This document shows, piece after piece, positions 48,583-59,349 of a stretch of 64,000 nt of DNA. Position 1 is the stretch's first letter, and each line of letters starts with the position of its first letter. The notes beneath the pieces were generated by a model. The model was not told the origin of the DNA and ran no database searches. It saw only the letters and a program-made list of their open reading frames with translations. Location of the stretch: positions 1 through 64,000 of the IMG/VR virus record IMGVR_UViG_3300045995_000065; one strand, given 5' to 3'. This DNA comes from a virus. The translations under genes and the position numbers were made by a program.

Positions 48583-49311
48583 AGTGGTTGTTCCCAGATG
48601 CCTTTAAGGTATTTAGCTTTAATTAATGTTTTCTCAAGATCTTGCTCTGCAAGGTTAAGTAAACTGTCCACTTCAGACATTCTAGCGTCCAAAACATCCA
48701 TAACCAGCGAATCTTTAGACTTCGCTGCTTTTACTTTCCTACTTGCGTAATAAGTTTTATCTTGTTGTAATTTACTTATCCTAGTGTCTTGACGGCGTAT
48801 TTCGGACGCCATTGTGAACCTATTAGTATGCTCTAGGATGCAGTACGTGACTGCACTTTGCTTGCAGGTGAATACATCAACCAACTCTTCAAAGTTGTTG
48901 AATACATGCCAGTCTTTGCCCTTGGCTTTGCAAGCATACTTGCCCACTTGCATACCCCACTTTGTAGGCAGAATGACAAGCTCGTCCTTAACCATTTTTT
49001 GGGCTTCTGTTCGTGCCCAGTGCTGTACGTATTGCTGCGCTAAGTCAGTGATACTTGCAACATCTTTAACCGATGGTGCGTCTTTTGCGGGTTTTTTCTT
49101 TTTAGGTTTAGCGTTTGGAATATACGATTTGGCCATCTTGATTTTTTCTTAAGAGCACATTCTTGTTGACTAATTGGTTAGCCACGTATGCTTCTCGTTC
49201 GTTGAATTCTTTCTTTTGGACAGTAGATTGGTCATGAAAGCGGCCTAATACATCCGCTTCTTCGTTTGTGATTTGCAATTGCAAACCTTGCATTATTTCT
49301 ACTATTTTCAT
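48579..49311 (-). CDS. Two late hypothetical genes (48579-49136, 49108-49311)
   Basis: TAAATA 4 nt before ATG 49311. Confidence 0.7.
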
Positions 49312-49323
49312 ATTGTATTTATA

Positions 49324-49773
49324 TTACTTCAACTTGTCAAGATTAATGGCACCAGGAATGAAGTGGATATTCTTGATAGCGCCGTACGGATGAAAAATTG
49401 GTAGCATGAAGCGAGCTGTCTCGTCTAGTCCATTTACAATAGGTACTTGCTCAAAGTCTTTCTCAAGCAATGCGCGATCTTGCCCGTTTGCTAAGAAAAT
49501 ATCTTCGCGATCCACTGCCCAAGTCCACACCCAAACTTTGTGCACACCTTGATACATCTCACCAAATTCTTGGTATTCAGACATGTTTTCTTCTGTGCAT
49601 ACTGGTCCGTTGATATGCAGGGGTTGAGTGCGCAAACCTATAACTTGCAATACAGTTTCCCAATTGCGTTGTTGGTTGCGTTCAAACTCTACCTCGGGCC
49701 TAAAGCGAGTAACCCCAGTGGGGGTAATATCCACTAGGGTCATGCCTGTATAAAAGTGTAATCCATCGCTCAT
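49324..49773 (-). CDS. Late hypothetical protein
   Basis: TLVDITPTG..RNQQRNWET; TAAATA 5 nt upstream. Confidence 0.75.
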   Translation of the reverse strand: MSDGLHFYTGMTLVDITPTGVTRFRPEVEFERNQQRNWETVLQVIGLRTQPLHINGPVCTEENMSEYQEFGEMYQGVHKVWVWTWAVDREDIFLANGQDRALLEKDFEQVPIVNGLDETARFMLPIFHPYGAIKNIHFIPGAINLDKLK

Positions 49774-49794
49774 GCTAATATTTAGCAGAGCAGT

Positions 49795-50241
49795 TTATGC
49801 TAGTTTGAATCCGTTAACCGAAGATACAGTAGCGCCAGTTGTAGATGTGTTTCCGTACACGCCCTGCGCAGCACCAATGTTAGCACGAATGTATGCTTGT
49901 AAATCAGCATCGGTCCAAGCGGACCCTTCTACTAACACAGACATCTGCCCAGTGCTAGATTCAATTTGATACATTGCGACGGTGTTGCGTTGTTGAATAA
50001 CATCAAGAATACGTGCAACTACACCTACGTTGCCATTGGAACGATTAATACCGCTCTCCACTGTTAAGTTGCTTGCACCGTAGCCAGTGATACCGGTAAT
50101 CTTGTATGCTGTTGGGTGACCGCCTAAACCTGTTGCAATGATGCCAGTAGCTACACGGGCTGCATTGTCTGCATTACCCTCAATATCAAACCCTGCTACT
50201 GCTGTACTATCACCGTTAACTTTAATTGCGCCTAATGCCAT
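49795..50241 (-). CDS. Probable capsid decoration/structural protein
   Basis: MALGAIKVNG; late promoter plus AGGAG. Confidence 0.6.
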   Translation of the reverse strand: MALGAIKVNGDSTAVAGFDIEGNADNAARVATGIIATGLGGHPTAYKITGITGYGASNLTVESGINRSNGNVGVVARILDVIQQRNTVAMYQIESSTGQMSVLVEGSAWTDADLQAYIRANIGAAQGVYGNTSTTGATVSSVNGFKLA

Positions 50242-50283
50242 GATGTAAATCTCCTAGTATAGTATTTAGCTTGTTTCAGTCAC

Positions 50284-50310
50284 AAAAAAGCCCTATTGCT
50301 AGGGCTCTTT
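50284..50310 (-). terminator. Rho-independent terminator
   Basis: AGAGCCCTA-GCAA-TAGGGCTTTTTT. Confidence 0.88.
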
Positions 50311-50328
50311 GTTACTTACTATTGCTTA

Positions 50329-50670
50329 TTAAGCGAATGTAAATGTACCGTCACCGTTCAATACAGACGATGTTGTTACAGTTGCACCTTGAGCTGCGAA
50401 AGCTGCTGTTAAGCCAACGATGTTTGCAGAAGCGCCGTCAACGATAACGCAGAAGCTGTCGTCGTTTTGTGCGCCCATGAATACGATGGAAGCGAATTGC
50501 ATAACTGTCAACATAGCGTGCTCGTAACCGCCGAATACTAATTCAGCTGGAGCGCCACCAGTGGAAGCTGTGAATTGACCTGTGTGAGCTACCTTAACGA
50601 TAAGTGGTTGGTAACCGTATACTGTTGTGAACGATGCTTTGCCGTTAACACGAATTTGTCCTAATGCCAT
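50329..50670 (-). CDS. Probable abundant structural protein, paralog of 49795-50241
   Basis: MALGQIRVNG; own late promoter, UUCG leader hairpin (about 50692-50707) and terminator. Confidence 0.65.
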   Translation of the reverse strand: MALGQIRVNGKASFTTVYGYQPLIVKVAHTGQFTASTGGAPAELVFGGYEHAMLTVMQFASIVFMGAQNDDSFCVIVDGASANIVGLTAAFAAQGATVTTSSVLNGDGTFTFA

Positions 50671-50749
50671 GATAATTTCCTTTATTAATATGGGCCGCGA
50701 AGGGCCTCATGTAAATATTTATGCAGACTGCAAAAATACTACGAGTTTA

Positions 50750-51871
50750 CTAATCGTTTTTAGCGAAGTTCGCAGCACTAAAGCTTGCTCTGTCCACTAG
50801 TTTGATAAGACCTTGAGAGGTGTTAAACACATATCCTTCACCCCCAGCTTTACCGTTGATACTACTTTGTATTGTGTGCTGTTGCGCATCTAGTTGCTGA
50901 ATCAAGTTTGCCTTGATTAGTACCATGCCCTTAAAGATGTCAAATACTGCTGCTACTGCTGGGCCTTGTACAGTGATAGCGCCACCAGGACCAATCAGAT
51001 TGTCTAGCTTTGCTGCTGTTACGTTAGTCTTAAGCCATGTAGGGAAATCACCAGAAAAACCTTTAACACGGGCGTTGACGTAAGTTTTCATCAATGCGCC
51101 TAAGTTACTGATCTTAGCTGCGGCAAGTAAATCGCTGTGGAACAAGTCCTCAATGATAGGTGCATTCTTACGAATCATGCCTGATACTTGCTGTATAGCT
51201 GCCACTGGACTCTTCAAGTTAACTTGGTCCTGCATATTAGGAGTCATGATTGTTAACGGACCAGATACGTCTAATCCGCCCAAGTCTTTAATCACGACTG
51301 GCTCTTGGTCAAAGTCCGGAAAATATTGGTGTACTACGATGCCACCAATGCTGTGTCCTATACGTTGGCCCAATGCTGTGTTAGTTGCTACAGAGTAAGT
51401 TACAGTGTTAGGCTTGAACATGTACTTGCCGTTAGACGGCGATAGTTTACCTGCCCATAGTAAGTCGCCCCACCAGTAACCTTTAGAGCCGCTTGGTACA
51501 GCTTCTTCAAAAGCAGGCCAAAGAACTTTTAACTTAGCATATAAATCACCACGATTAGCACCACGATTAACGTCATACTGTACAAATGCCTCTACTGATG
51601 TAACACGACCTGAGCCGTCTTTCTTTGTGAACATGTGCTTGTCTGCTACTACTAACTGTCCGTCGTGATTGCGGCCAAACACCATTGCGGGAAAGCCGTC
51701 AAACTTAACTGATAGATTGTGTGGCTCTGCAGCTACTTCTGCTAATGCTTTGAGTGCACGACTCGCGCCTTGAATCCCCTCGTCAAAGATTAAATCTTCA
51801 GGGTGATCAATACGTGCGCCTTCTGTAAGGATACGATTAGTAGGCAGACTGTTGATGAACTCTAATAGCAT
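50750..51871 (-). CDS. Ligase-superfamily nucleotidyltransferase (DUF6267-like)
   Basis: LTE-GARIDHPED; VKFDG (KxDG); GEGYV; IKLVDR. Confidence 0.7.
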   Translation of the reverse strand: MLLEFINSLPTNRILTEGARIDHPEDLIFDEGIQGASRALKALAEVAAEPHNLSVKFDGFPAMVFGRNHDGQLVVADKHMFTKKDGSGRVTSVEAFVQYDVNRGANRGDLYAKLKVLWPAFEEAVPSGSKGYWWGDLLWAGKLSPSNGKYMFKPNTVTYSVATNTALGQRIGHSIGGIVVHQYFPDFDQEPVVIKDLGGLDVSGPLTIMTPNMQDQVNLKSPVAAIQQVSGMIRKNAPIIEDLFHSDLLAAAKISNLGALMKTYVNARVKGFSGDFPTWLKTNVTAAKLDNLIGPGGAITVQGPAVAAVFDIFKGMVLIKANLIQQLDAQQHTIQSSINGKAGGEGYVFNTSQGLIKLVDRASFSAANFAKND

Positions 51872-52629
51872 TATAGTTTACTTTGAATACTTCTAAACCA
51901 ACCCGCTGTACCTGGGTGATGATCTTCCGGCAATGTCATTAAGCCCTTGGCTACGTCTTGACGTGCTTGTGCAAGCTTGCCTTCTTTGTCTGGGTCAGTG
52001 CGCAACTTAGCCATGACAGCTTTAATACTGTCTAAATCTGATTCTTTTGCAGTTGGACCAAGCAATAGCTTTGCTGCTTTCTTGCGTGTGTCAGCGACTA
52101 CTTCGTTGTTATCTCTGCGCATAACAGTACCAGCAAAGCCGTCTACCTTTAGCCCAAGGAACTTGCCAATGCTGTTGTATAACATGAACAACTGGCCGCC
52201 CTTGAACTGTGGGTCATCGTACATGCCACGTGGCCCATGCTGATGCCAAGGTGCAACCTTAACTGCATTCTTGATAACCATCAAGTCAACTTGCACAATA
52301 TGCTTGCCGTCTTTAGCCATGTAAGGCGCACCGACGTGCACGTTACGACCAATGATCTTAACAGGATAGCCCTTAGCTTGCATGAACTGTGCCAGTGCTT
52401 TCTTTGCGCTGACTTCGTCCTGCACACCAAACTTAGCTGCAAGCTGATCGTAGTCAATAAACATGTCCATGTCGCCGCTCGCTACTTTGTAGCCTGCAGA
52501 ACCAATGTCAGGAATAGCTTTGATTCCTGATGGTAAATCTAGTTGAATGTTGTTGACAACGCCTGCAACGTATTCTTTAGGAATATCACCGTCGCCAAAT
52601 ACATTGCCGCCTTCGTATAAGTGCATCAT
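51871..52629 (-). CDS. Pol-beta superfamily nucleotidyltransferase
   Basis: LYE-GGNVF; IGSAG..SGDMD; VQVD. Confidence 0.78.
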   Translation of the reverse strand: MMHLYEGGNVFGDGDIPKEYVAGVVNNIQLDLPSGIKAIPDIGSAGYKVASGDMDMFIDYDQLAAKFGVQDEVSAKKALAQFMQAKGYPVKIIGRNVHVGAPYMAKDGKHIVQVDLMVIKNAVKVAPWHQHGPRGMYDDPQFKGGQLFMLYNSIGKFLGLKVDGFAGTVMRRDNNEVVADTRKKAAKLLLGPTAKESDLDSIKAVMAKLRTDPDKEGKLAQARQDVAKGLMTLPEDHHPGTAGWFRSIQSKL

Positions 52630-53616
52630 TATCGTTGAATGCTTTCTGTTGGAATTGCACCACCAGTACCATCTAACTTACTTTTTAAGTTTTCAAGTGC
52701 AGTGATCTGGTCTATGTTACCTACTGCTATTGGTGCGGCGGCCGCATTTGCTTTTAACGTCCAGCCTGTCGTTGTCTTGGAAAATATTCTACCGTCAGGT
52801 GCCTCAATTGCCCCATATCTTGGATCGGCCGCGGATGGTGACCACTTACTCTTCGGTGTTGGTGCCGCCGTAGGCGCGGCTACATTATTTGTGCGATTAG
52901 CAAAATGCTGTGCAATCGAGCGTGTAATAAACGGCTTGTATTTTGCAGGATCAACCACATCCGTGTCAGCAGGGAAATCAGCGTCAGATGGTGGATTTAG
53001 TGACGACGCCTCCTTCTTCATAAAGGCAATGAAGTTTTGTTTTGTGACTGGTGCGCCAGCAGTTTGCAAAGTTTTAATTTGTACTGCCCAGGCGTTTAAT
53101 ACTGCATTGGTGATTTTACCAATTTGGCCTGAAGTTTTTTCTGCTTCTGCGTTATTTGCACGATTTGTACGTGCCGTTTGAATGCCAGCTTTTGCAGTTT
53201 GATAACTTTGTATTGGGTGCTTGGCGATTTGCTTACCAGCTTGATATGCACCAGCAGCCTTTTGCTTAACCCAATCCACAGGGCCTTCATTGATTTGCGA
53301 CTCACGTTGAAGCCTACGCTGGGCCATCTCAGCGATAATTTTTGCTGTTTTTTGTTCCGCTGCCTTAGACTTCATTACTCTTAGCTTTCTTTATTCCTCT
53401 GGAAAATTTGCTAGGATCTTGTGCCCGGATGCTATTCAATAAGCGGCGTTCAAGTTCAGCGGAAACCTCTGCGTCATAATTCTCGCGAATATAGTTGATA
53501 AGATTGATCGCTCCTGCGATTACATTGCTTGCACGGGATTCTACGAGATTCTCACGATCTCTAGTAACGCTCATGTTTGCGAGTTCATCAAGAATACTGC
53601 GGGTGCGTTTTTGCAA
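52629..53616 (-). CDS. Two late hypothetical genes (52629-53375, 53365-53616)
   Basis: Late promoter at about 53640; INE-G motif in the first. Confidence 0.65.
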
Positions 53617-53653
53617 AAGATTGCTCCAGTTATTAGTGTATTTAGTTGAGTTA

Positions 53654-55132
53654 TTAGTCTTTGCTCTTTAGGCCAGCGAGCATACCCTTGAGGATTGTAC
53701 TTTGTGCTTCGCCCTTAGGTGGCGCCCCACCAGTCCCTGCAAACTTCTTAGTGATGTCAAAGCCTTCCTTGGATTGTGGCTTCTCCCACTTGTCTTTAGC
53801 TTGCCCACTACCACTACCACTACCAGCATGTGATGCTGCGCCACCGCTCTTGATTCGATCCATGATGCTGCTAACTTGATTGCCGTTGCTACTACCGCCA
53901 GAATCACCACCTGCGTCTGTAATACGCATTGTGTCGATGTTGTACTCAAGTTCAATCTTTTGTCCCACGCCTGTAGAGCTACGTGATTTCATACATTGAA
54001 TTTGATACTTGCCACGCTCACGCATAGTACGTGATGTAAAGATACCAAACACATTGTCAGCAGTGTTAATCTTAGAGATACCACCTGAGATGTGCGAGTG
54101 ATCAAACTCTACTTCTTCAACCGCAGAACGATTCAATTGCGAGGCAGTAACAAATAATACACCAAGTTCCTTTGCCAAGTTACGCAATTCTTCCGACACA
54201 TACTTGTCCTTGACGAACAAGTCGTTAGGGTTAACCTTAGCGGATACAGGCATCAACAAGTCCAAATAGTCGACCATCACAAAGTCGATCTTAATACCCT
54301 TCTTGATTTGGAACTCTTTGATGTACGCACGTATGTCATTGATGTTGCTTTGTGCTGGCAGCGACTTAATCTGATACTTACCAAACTTCTTGCCATGCAT
54401 TGCAACCTTAAGTGCAGTGTCGTCAATGCTCTTGCGAATGTCCTTTGTGGAAGCAGACGTCAACATCGCATCAGTACGCAATGAGGTCAGTTCTTCCGAC
54501 AATTCTAGTGTAATGTATATGCCGTTTAATCCAGCTTCCAGCCAGCTCAGTGCGATATTCATCATCACAAGTGACTTACCTGAACCAGACCCACCTGCAA
54601 AAATATTCAATTCACCACGTGAGAATCCGCCGTACAGTAGCCTGTCCATTTGCGGCCAGCCCGTACTAACTTGTCCACCTGCTGTAAAGTATTTGTTTAG
54701 TCGTCCTGCAGGGTCAGCAAAGTAATCAGTACCCATGTCCTTAGTAAGACTGATTTGTACTGCATCCTTGATAAGCTTTTCAACCGGATCGTAGTCTCCA
54801 TCTTCAAGTAAGTCTGCTGCTTTAAGAATTGCTCGCTCTAGTTCCTTCCGTCGAGTAAAGCTTTCAAACTCGTTTAAAAACCACTCTGAATGTCCCTCGT
54901 CCCATTCAGGGATAGGCTTTAAGTCTGCACCCGTTAATGCTTTGATCTGCTCGTACCGCGGCAATATGCTGTACTCTTCAGAGTGCGTCTTTAAGAACCT
55001 TGCTGTTTCCTGAAGGCTGCGATCAAAATTCTCGGGGTTGTAAATGTTCTGAACGCGAATGAAGTTCTCCGCATTGTGCAACATTACTTCTAGAAAAAAC
55101 TTTTGTATGTCAGTGCTATAATCTTTTGCCAT
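53654..55132 (-). CDS. DnaB-like replicative helicase (gp41-like)
   Basis: GGSGSGKS, TLEL, VDYLDL, TASQLNR, KSR. Confidence 0.95.
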   Translation of the reverse strand: MAKDYSTDIQKFFLEVMLHNAENFIRVQNIYNPENFDRSLQETARFLKTHSEEYSILPRYEQIKALTGADLKPIPEWDEGHSEWFLNEFESFTRRKELERAILKAADLLEDGDYDPVEKLIKDAVQISLTKDMGTDYFADPAGRLNKYFTAGGQVSTGWPQMDRLLYGGFSRGELNIFAGGSGSGKSLVMMNIALSWLEAGLNGIYITLELSEELTSLRTDAMLTSASTKDIRKSIDDTALKVAMHGKKFGKYQIKSLPAQSNINDIRAYIKEFQIKKGIKIDFVMVDYLDLLMPVSAKVNPNDLFVKDKYVSEELRNLAKELGVLFVTASQLNRSAVEEVEFDHSHISGGISKINTADNVFGIFTSRTMRERGKYQIQCMKSRSSTGVGQKIELEYNIDTMRITDAGGDSGGSSNGNQVSSIMDRIKSGGAASHAGSGSGSGQAKDKWEKPQSKEGFDITKKFAGTGGAPPKGEAQSTILKGMLAGLKSKD

Positions 55133-55147
55133 GTATTTCCTTATATC

Positions 55148-56215
55148 TTAGTTAGTATGTATGCGTTTCTTCATCAGCTCAATTTTTAGCTTGCTCGTTT
55201 CAACCCCCTCAAGGATTGACTTCATTGTGTACAGCTTGCCATACATTTCAACTGCCTTACTAACATCTTTGTATTTGTCTTTCCAAATTGGAAAGCTAAC
55301 ATGCCACCCATATTCAATTGCAAGGTCAACTAATCGCTCACCAGTCCATACCATCTTGCCACGTACTTCTTTTAGGTCAAAGTCTGGTACAACAATTACT
55401 TCCTTGCCGAGACTTTCGATTAAGTCTACTTGCACTTCGGAAATGTGATCGCCCAATGTAGCGACGCCGTCTACTGCCATTGCATCAAACGGGCCCTCCA
55501 TTACTAGCACAAACTTTGAATCACGTTTCTGTATGTCCATGTTGAAAACAACATTCGCCTCATAGCTATTGTAATACTTGGGCTTAACATTGTCTACTAT
55601 TGCTCTGCCAGTATAGCCTATCACTTGCCCTTTCCAGTAGAAGGGCACGATGACACGCTTATGCAAATTGGATTGGGTCTCTGGAGTGATATAGAATTGA
55701 TACTTTTCCATATCAACCTTACGACTAGTCAAATACTCCACAGTGTTTACAAGTTGCTCGTAATCTTCCTGCTTTACCGTGTCCTCAGTATTCAATGCCA
55801 AAAATGTCATCAACTCAGCAATGCTTATTGCTTCTTCTGGTAATGAACGAGGTTTGACTACAAACTCTTCTTTTACCTTTTCGATTATCTCTGGCGCAAT
55901 CGTATCTTTGATGCGCAGTGCTTCGAATACTAATCGTTTTATCGTATTCTCGTCTGTGCCAAACCATTGCAATAGTTTTCGAAACTTGTACGATATGTGC
56001 CTACCAGGTTCCCACCCAGTAATGAATTGGCAATTGAAACAATGGTACGCTACACCGCCTGTAGGTGTGAGCATTAGTCCACCGCGACCTCGTGTGTCCG
56101 CACTCTCGCCATTATGATGACAACAAGGCGCATTAAACGAAATCCAATTATTCGGACTCGTTTTGCGCTTACCAGGAAGTATTGTTGTTACAGTGTCTTG
56201 AATTGAATTGCTCAC
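55148..56215 (-). CDS. DNA primase (gp61-like, Zn finger plus TOPRIM)
   Basis: CC..HCFNC; EGPFDA; PDFD; promoter TTGAAT-17-TACAAT 5 nt before GTG. Confidence 0.92.
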   Translation of the reverse strand: MSNSIQDTVTTILPGKRKTSPNNWISFNAPCCHHNGESADTRGRGGLMLTPTGGVAYHCFNCQFITGWEPGRHISYKFRKLLQWFGTDENTIKRLVFEALRIKDTIAPEIIEKVKEEFVVKPRSLPEEAISIAELMTFLALNTEDTVKQEDYEQLVNTVEYLTSRKVDMEKYQFYITPETQSNLHKRVIVPFYWKGQVIGYTGRAIVDNVKPKYYNSYEANVVFNMDIQKRDSKFVLVMEGPFDAMAVDGVATLGDHISEVQVDLIESLGKEVIVVPDFDLKEVRGKMVWTGERLVDLAIEYGWHVSFPIWKDKYKDVSKAVEMYGKLYTMKSILEGVETSKLKIELMKKRIHTN

Positions 56216-56258
56216 TAGCTATTGTAGCAGTTTGCAACTACAAATTCAAGACTTTAGA

Positions 56259-57617
56259 TTACCATACATTGGGTAATGCTATGCGTCTCCAAATGGGTGT
56301 GGAGCCATCGTATACAGTGGTGCAGACATACAAATAAATCGAATCCGCTGCAATCATCCCAGCCGTATCTCCAACTTTACCATATTTTGTTGTCGGAACG
56401 GGTTGTACCCCGGACGGTCCTTGCGGTCCAGGAACTGTACTATCAGCACCAGCCGGGCCTTGTAGGCCAATATTACCTTGAATACCTTGCGGACCTGTTG
56501 GACCAGCAACTATACTATCTGCACCTGCTGGTCCAATGTTACCTTGAATGCCCTGCGGACCAGGAACTGTACTAGCAGCACCAGCCGGGCCTTGTGGGCC
56601 AGTAGGTCCTACTAAAGATTGAAGCCAATCTATATTTGTACCGACAAATCCATTGATTGCTGCAACTTGATAAGCAGACAAACCATCATTGCCTGTGGGA
56701 CCTGGAATGCCTTGTATGCCCTGGGGACCTTGAATACCCTGTGTGCCTTGTGGACCTAAATCGCCCTGAATGCCCTGAATGCCTTGTGGACCTAAATCGC
56801 CTTGTACGCCTTGTGGGCCCAACGGACCAATATTACCTTGAATGCCTTGCGGGCCTATCGGTCCGATATTACCTTGAATGCCCTGTAAACCCTGAATGCC
56901 TTGCGGGCCCAAACTGCCTTGAATACCTTGTGGCCCTTGTAAACCTTGTGGGCCAACAATTTTACCAACGTCAACCCAAGCTGAGCCTGACCATGTGTAT
57001 AAATTGCCGTCAGCTTCAACAATGTATGCATCACCGACAACGTTGATAAACATAGGAAGGTCAGCAACCTGTAACACAGACCCCTTAAGATGAACTCCTG
57101 CACCAGCTTCGCCAGTATCACCTTTAGGACCAGCAATTCCCTGTAGTCCTTGTGGGCCAGTTAGACCTTGAATACCTTGCGATCCTTGTGGGCCAGCAAC
57201 TATACTATCTGCGCCAGTAAGCCCTTGGATACCCTGTGGTCCCATCGGACCAATATTACCTTGGATGCCTTGAGTGCCTTGTGGTCCTTCAATTCCTTGC
57301 AATCCTGTAGGGCCAGCAACACCCATTGGGCCCTGCGTGCCTTGAACACCTTGCGGTCCGGCTGGGCCTTGTGGCCCAGCCGGGCCTGTGGGCCCAACTG
57401 CTGTGCCAGCAGGACCTTCAGGTCCTATAGGCCCAGCTGGCCCTGTGGCGCCAACTGATGCAAGTGGGTATGGCAGATCTGTCCAACGTGAAATTCCGTT
57501 ACCGTACTTCACTCTTGAGGTATCTAGTTCTAGACCAGGTTCACCCAAAGCTAAGATAGGATTACGAGCCGTCCAATTAATTGCTAAATCACGTCTAAAT
57601 TTAATCTGTACTGTCAT
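56259..57617 (-). CDS. Collagen-like fibre with Mtd-N-like N-terminus
   Basis: QIKFRRD..W..NPIL..GE..KYGNG..W.DLPY; long Gly-X-Y tracts (GPQGIQ). Confidence 0.9.
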   Translation of the reverse strand: MTVQIKFRRDLAINWTARNPILALGEPGLELDTSRVKYGNGISRWTDLPYPLASVGATGPAGPIGPEGPAGTAVGPTGPAGPQGPAGPQGVQGTQGPMGVAGPTGLQGIEGPQGTQGIQGNIGPMGPQGIQGLTGADSIVAGPQGSQGIQGLTGPQGLQGIAGPKGDTGEAGAGVHLKGSVLQVADLPMFINVVGDAYIVEADGNLYTWSGSAWVDVGKIVGPQGLQGPQGIQGSLGPQGIQGLQGIQGNIGPIGPQGIQGNIGPLGPQGVQGDLGPQGIQGIQGDLGPQGTQGIQGPQGIQGIPGPTGNDGLSAYQVAAINGFVGTNIDWLQSLVGPTGPQGPAGAASTVPGPQGIQGNIGPAGADSIVAGPTGPQGIQGNIGLQGPAGADSTVPGPQGPSGVQPVPTTKYGKVGDTAGMIAADSIYLYVCTTVYDGSTPIWRRIALPNVW

Positions 57618-57618
57618 A

Positions 57619-58128
57619 TTATGCTCCACCGCCGTCTAAGACGACATCTCCTGCGTTTATGTTATATATTGTATCTGCGTTGCCCACTTCACCGTTGTAG
57701 TATGCTGGTAGTACCTTCAAGTCCAGTGGTACATCATAGTCTGCATCTACGTAAATTGGCTGCTCTAAGCTTGTTACTGTGTTTATTGTGCGAAATGTTA
57801 GCTTGTAAAAGCGTTGCTCTAATTCGTCGATTGTTGCCCTGTCAATCACAAAATTGCCTTGCCCTAGCGTTACGTTAGCCCAAGTAATAGGAAATGTAGC
57901 TACTGCTACTTTGTTGCTTGGGTCTTGTATCTCTGCGACCATAATGTAGTTCGTTACGTTGACATACTTCTGATCTTGGTTCTTGACAAGCACCTGCATA
58001 GGGTTATCAATACCTTGGTAAACTGTTACTGGTCGTGAATACACTACTCTGTTCCTTGTTGTGAAGATTGAGGGGTCAACTATTTGAGCCACAACTTTAT
58101 TGCTGTATAAATAAGTTTGGATGATCAT
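57619..58128 (-). CDS. Probable structural protein
   Basis: VYQGIDN..VKNQDQK; late promoter at about 58150. Confidence 0.65.
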   Translation of the reverse strand: MIIQTYLYSNKVVAQIVDPSIFTTRNRVVYSRPVTVYQGIDNPMQVLVKNQDQKYVNVTNYIMVAEIQDPSNKVAVATFPITWANVTLGQGNFVIDRATIDELEQRFYKLTFRTINTVTSLEQPIYVDADYDVPLDLKVLPAYYNGEVGNADTIYNINAGDVVLDGGGA

Positions 58129-58165
58129 TTTAATAGCGTCCCATTTACATATTTAGCAAGAGAAC

Positions 58166-58537
58166 GTGGAAGAAATCAAACAACTATTAGAGAAATACCC
58201 CTTCCTATCGTACCTTGTGTATGGCGGGAACGACTACATAGGTATAATTCAAAACGCAGATGAACAGATCACGACGATCTACGACTTTTGCAGCATTAAA
58301 ACGCCAGACCAACGTCAGAGATTCTTAGTATTTGGGGAGCAATGGTGGTGGGAAAGCAATCGCTTGATCCCTATCAACGTGTTTCTGAAAGCAGACTGGT
58401 CTGAATTCAAGCCTTGCGTTAAGACTATGAACTCAAAAGATGTTGAAGTAAAAGTTGGCCCAGCCACGAGCCTAAAAGAAATGGCCCAGAAGCGCAGCAA
58501 GCGCCGTAGTATTACACTGATTAGACGATTACCTTAA
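58166..58537 (+). CDS. Late hypothetical protein
   Basis: KYPFLS..WWWESNRLIPINVFL; perfect TATAAATA at 58106. Confidence 0.75.
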   Translation: MEEIKQLLEKYPFLSYLVYGGNDYIGIIQNADEQITTIYDFCSIKTPDQRQRFLVFGEQWWWESNRLIPINVFLKADWSEFKPCVKTMNSKDVEVKVGPATSLKEMAQKRSKRRSITLIRRLP

Positions 58538-58725
58538 GCAGTAGCGCAGTATAGTCCTCGTCAGATATTCCAATATGCTCAATGATTCCTGCGCTGTAAA
58601 TATGCAGTCCATGGGTATCAAGCGCCCACTTATCAAACACCGAACCAAACTTGTTTTGGGGACTCATTGTCTTAAGCTTCATTAGGAGCCTAAATCTTGT
58701 TTCCTGGGTAAGTTGCTCGCAAAGG

Positions 58726-59349
58726 TCAATCATCTATTAATCCTAATAACTGATCAACAGTTAAACTACTCTTAGCACCTTTTCTACTGTTTTCCTTTGC
58801 CTCAAGTATTTGTAAGTTAGCAGGGTGATTAACAATTTCAATTGCAAGGTTTGCGTGCCATGCATCAAGGATACATAACTTGTGGTCAACATGAAGTGTC
58901 TGCTGTCCTAATATATAACCTTGTTCCTTAGCCCATCGCTGAGCACCCGCTCTAATTCTTCGTGCGTAAGCTCTGTAACTCTTTATATCCCCGGGAGTTA
59001 TCAACCCAGTCTTTTTACGCTTTGTTTCTCTCATCTTATCAATTGTCTCAGTGTTATGCAGACGACGGATCAAATCTTTCTTAGTTTCATTTTTTCGAAG
59101 TTCTGCATTCTGCCAACTTGCCTTAGATCTATTAGATAATTGAGAAATATATGCCGGGCAATTTTGGTATTGCGACTGGCATACATATTTCCCGCCAGTG
59201 TTTTTAGCAATAGCGATGTTGCCGCAACCAAAATGACAGTAAGTTCCGACAGGTACAGCATCATGAGTTTGCTTGTGGTAGTGAAACATAGATGGATTGT
59301 TTGCGGTGTAATCACAATGCAAACATTTTCTTGGATAGATAATACTCAT
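58726..59349 (-). mobile_element. HNH endonuclease with N-terminal zinc fingers
   Basis: CLHC..H..H, CHFGCG; HVDH..NLQIL..N..K; own late promoter. Confidence 0.75.

Noticed and set aside
56400-57450. 9/18/27 bp periodic repeats as a DGR or VNTR
   Set aside because: Explained by Gly-X-Y collagen coding; no reverse transcriptase or adenine-specific TR/VR pair was seen.
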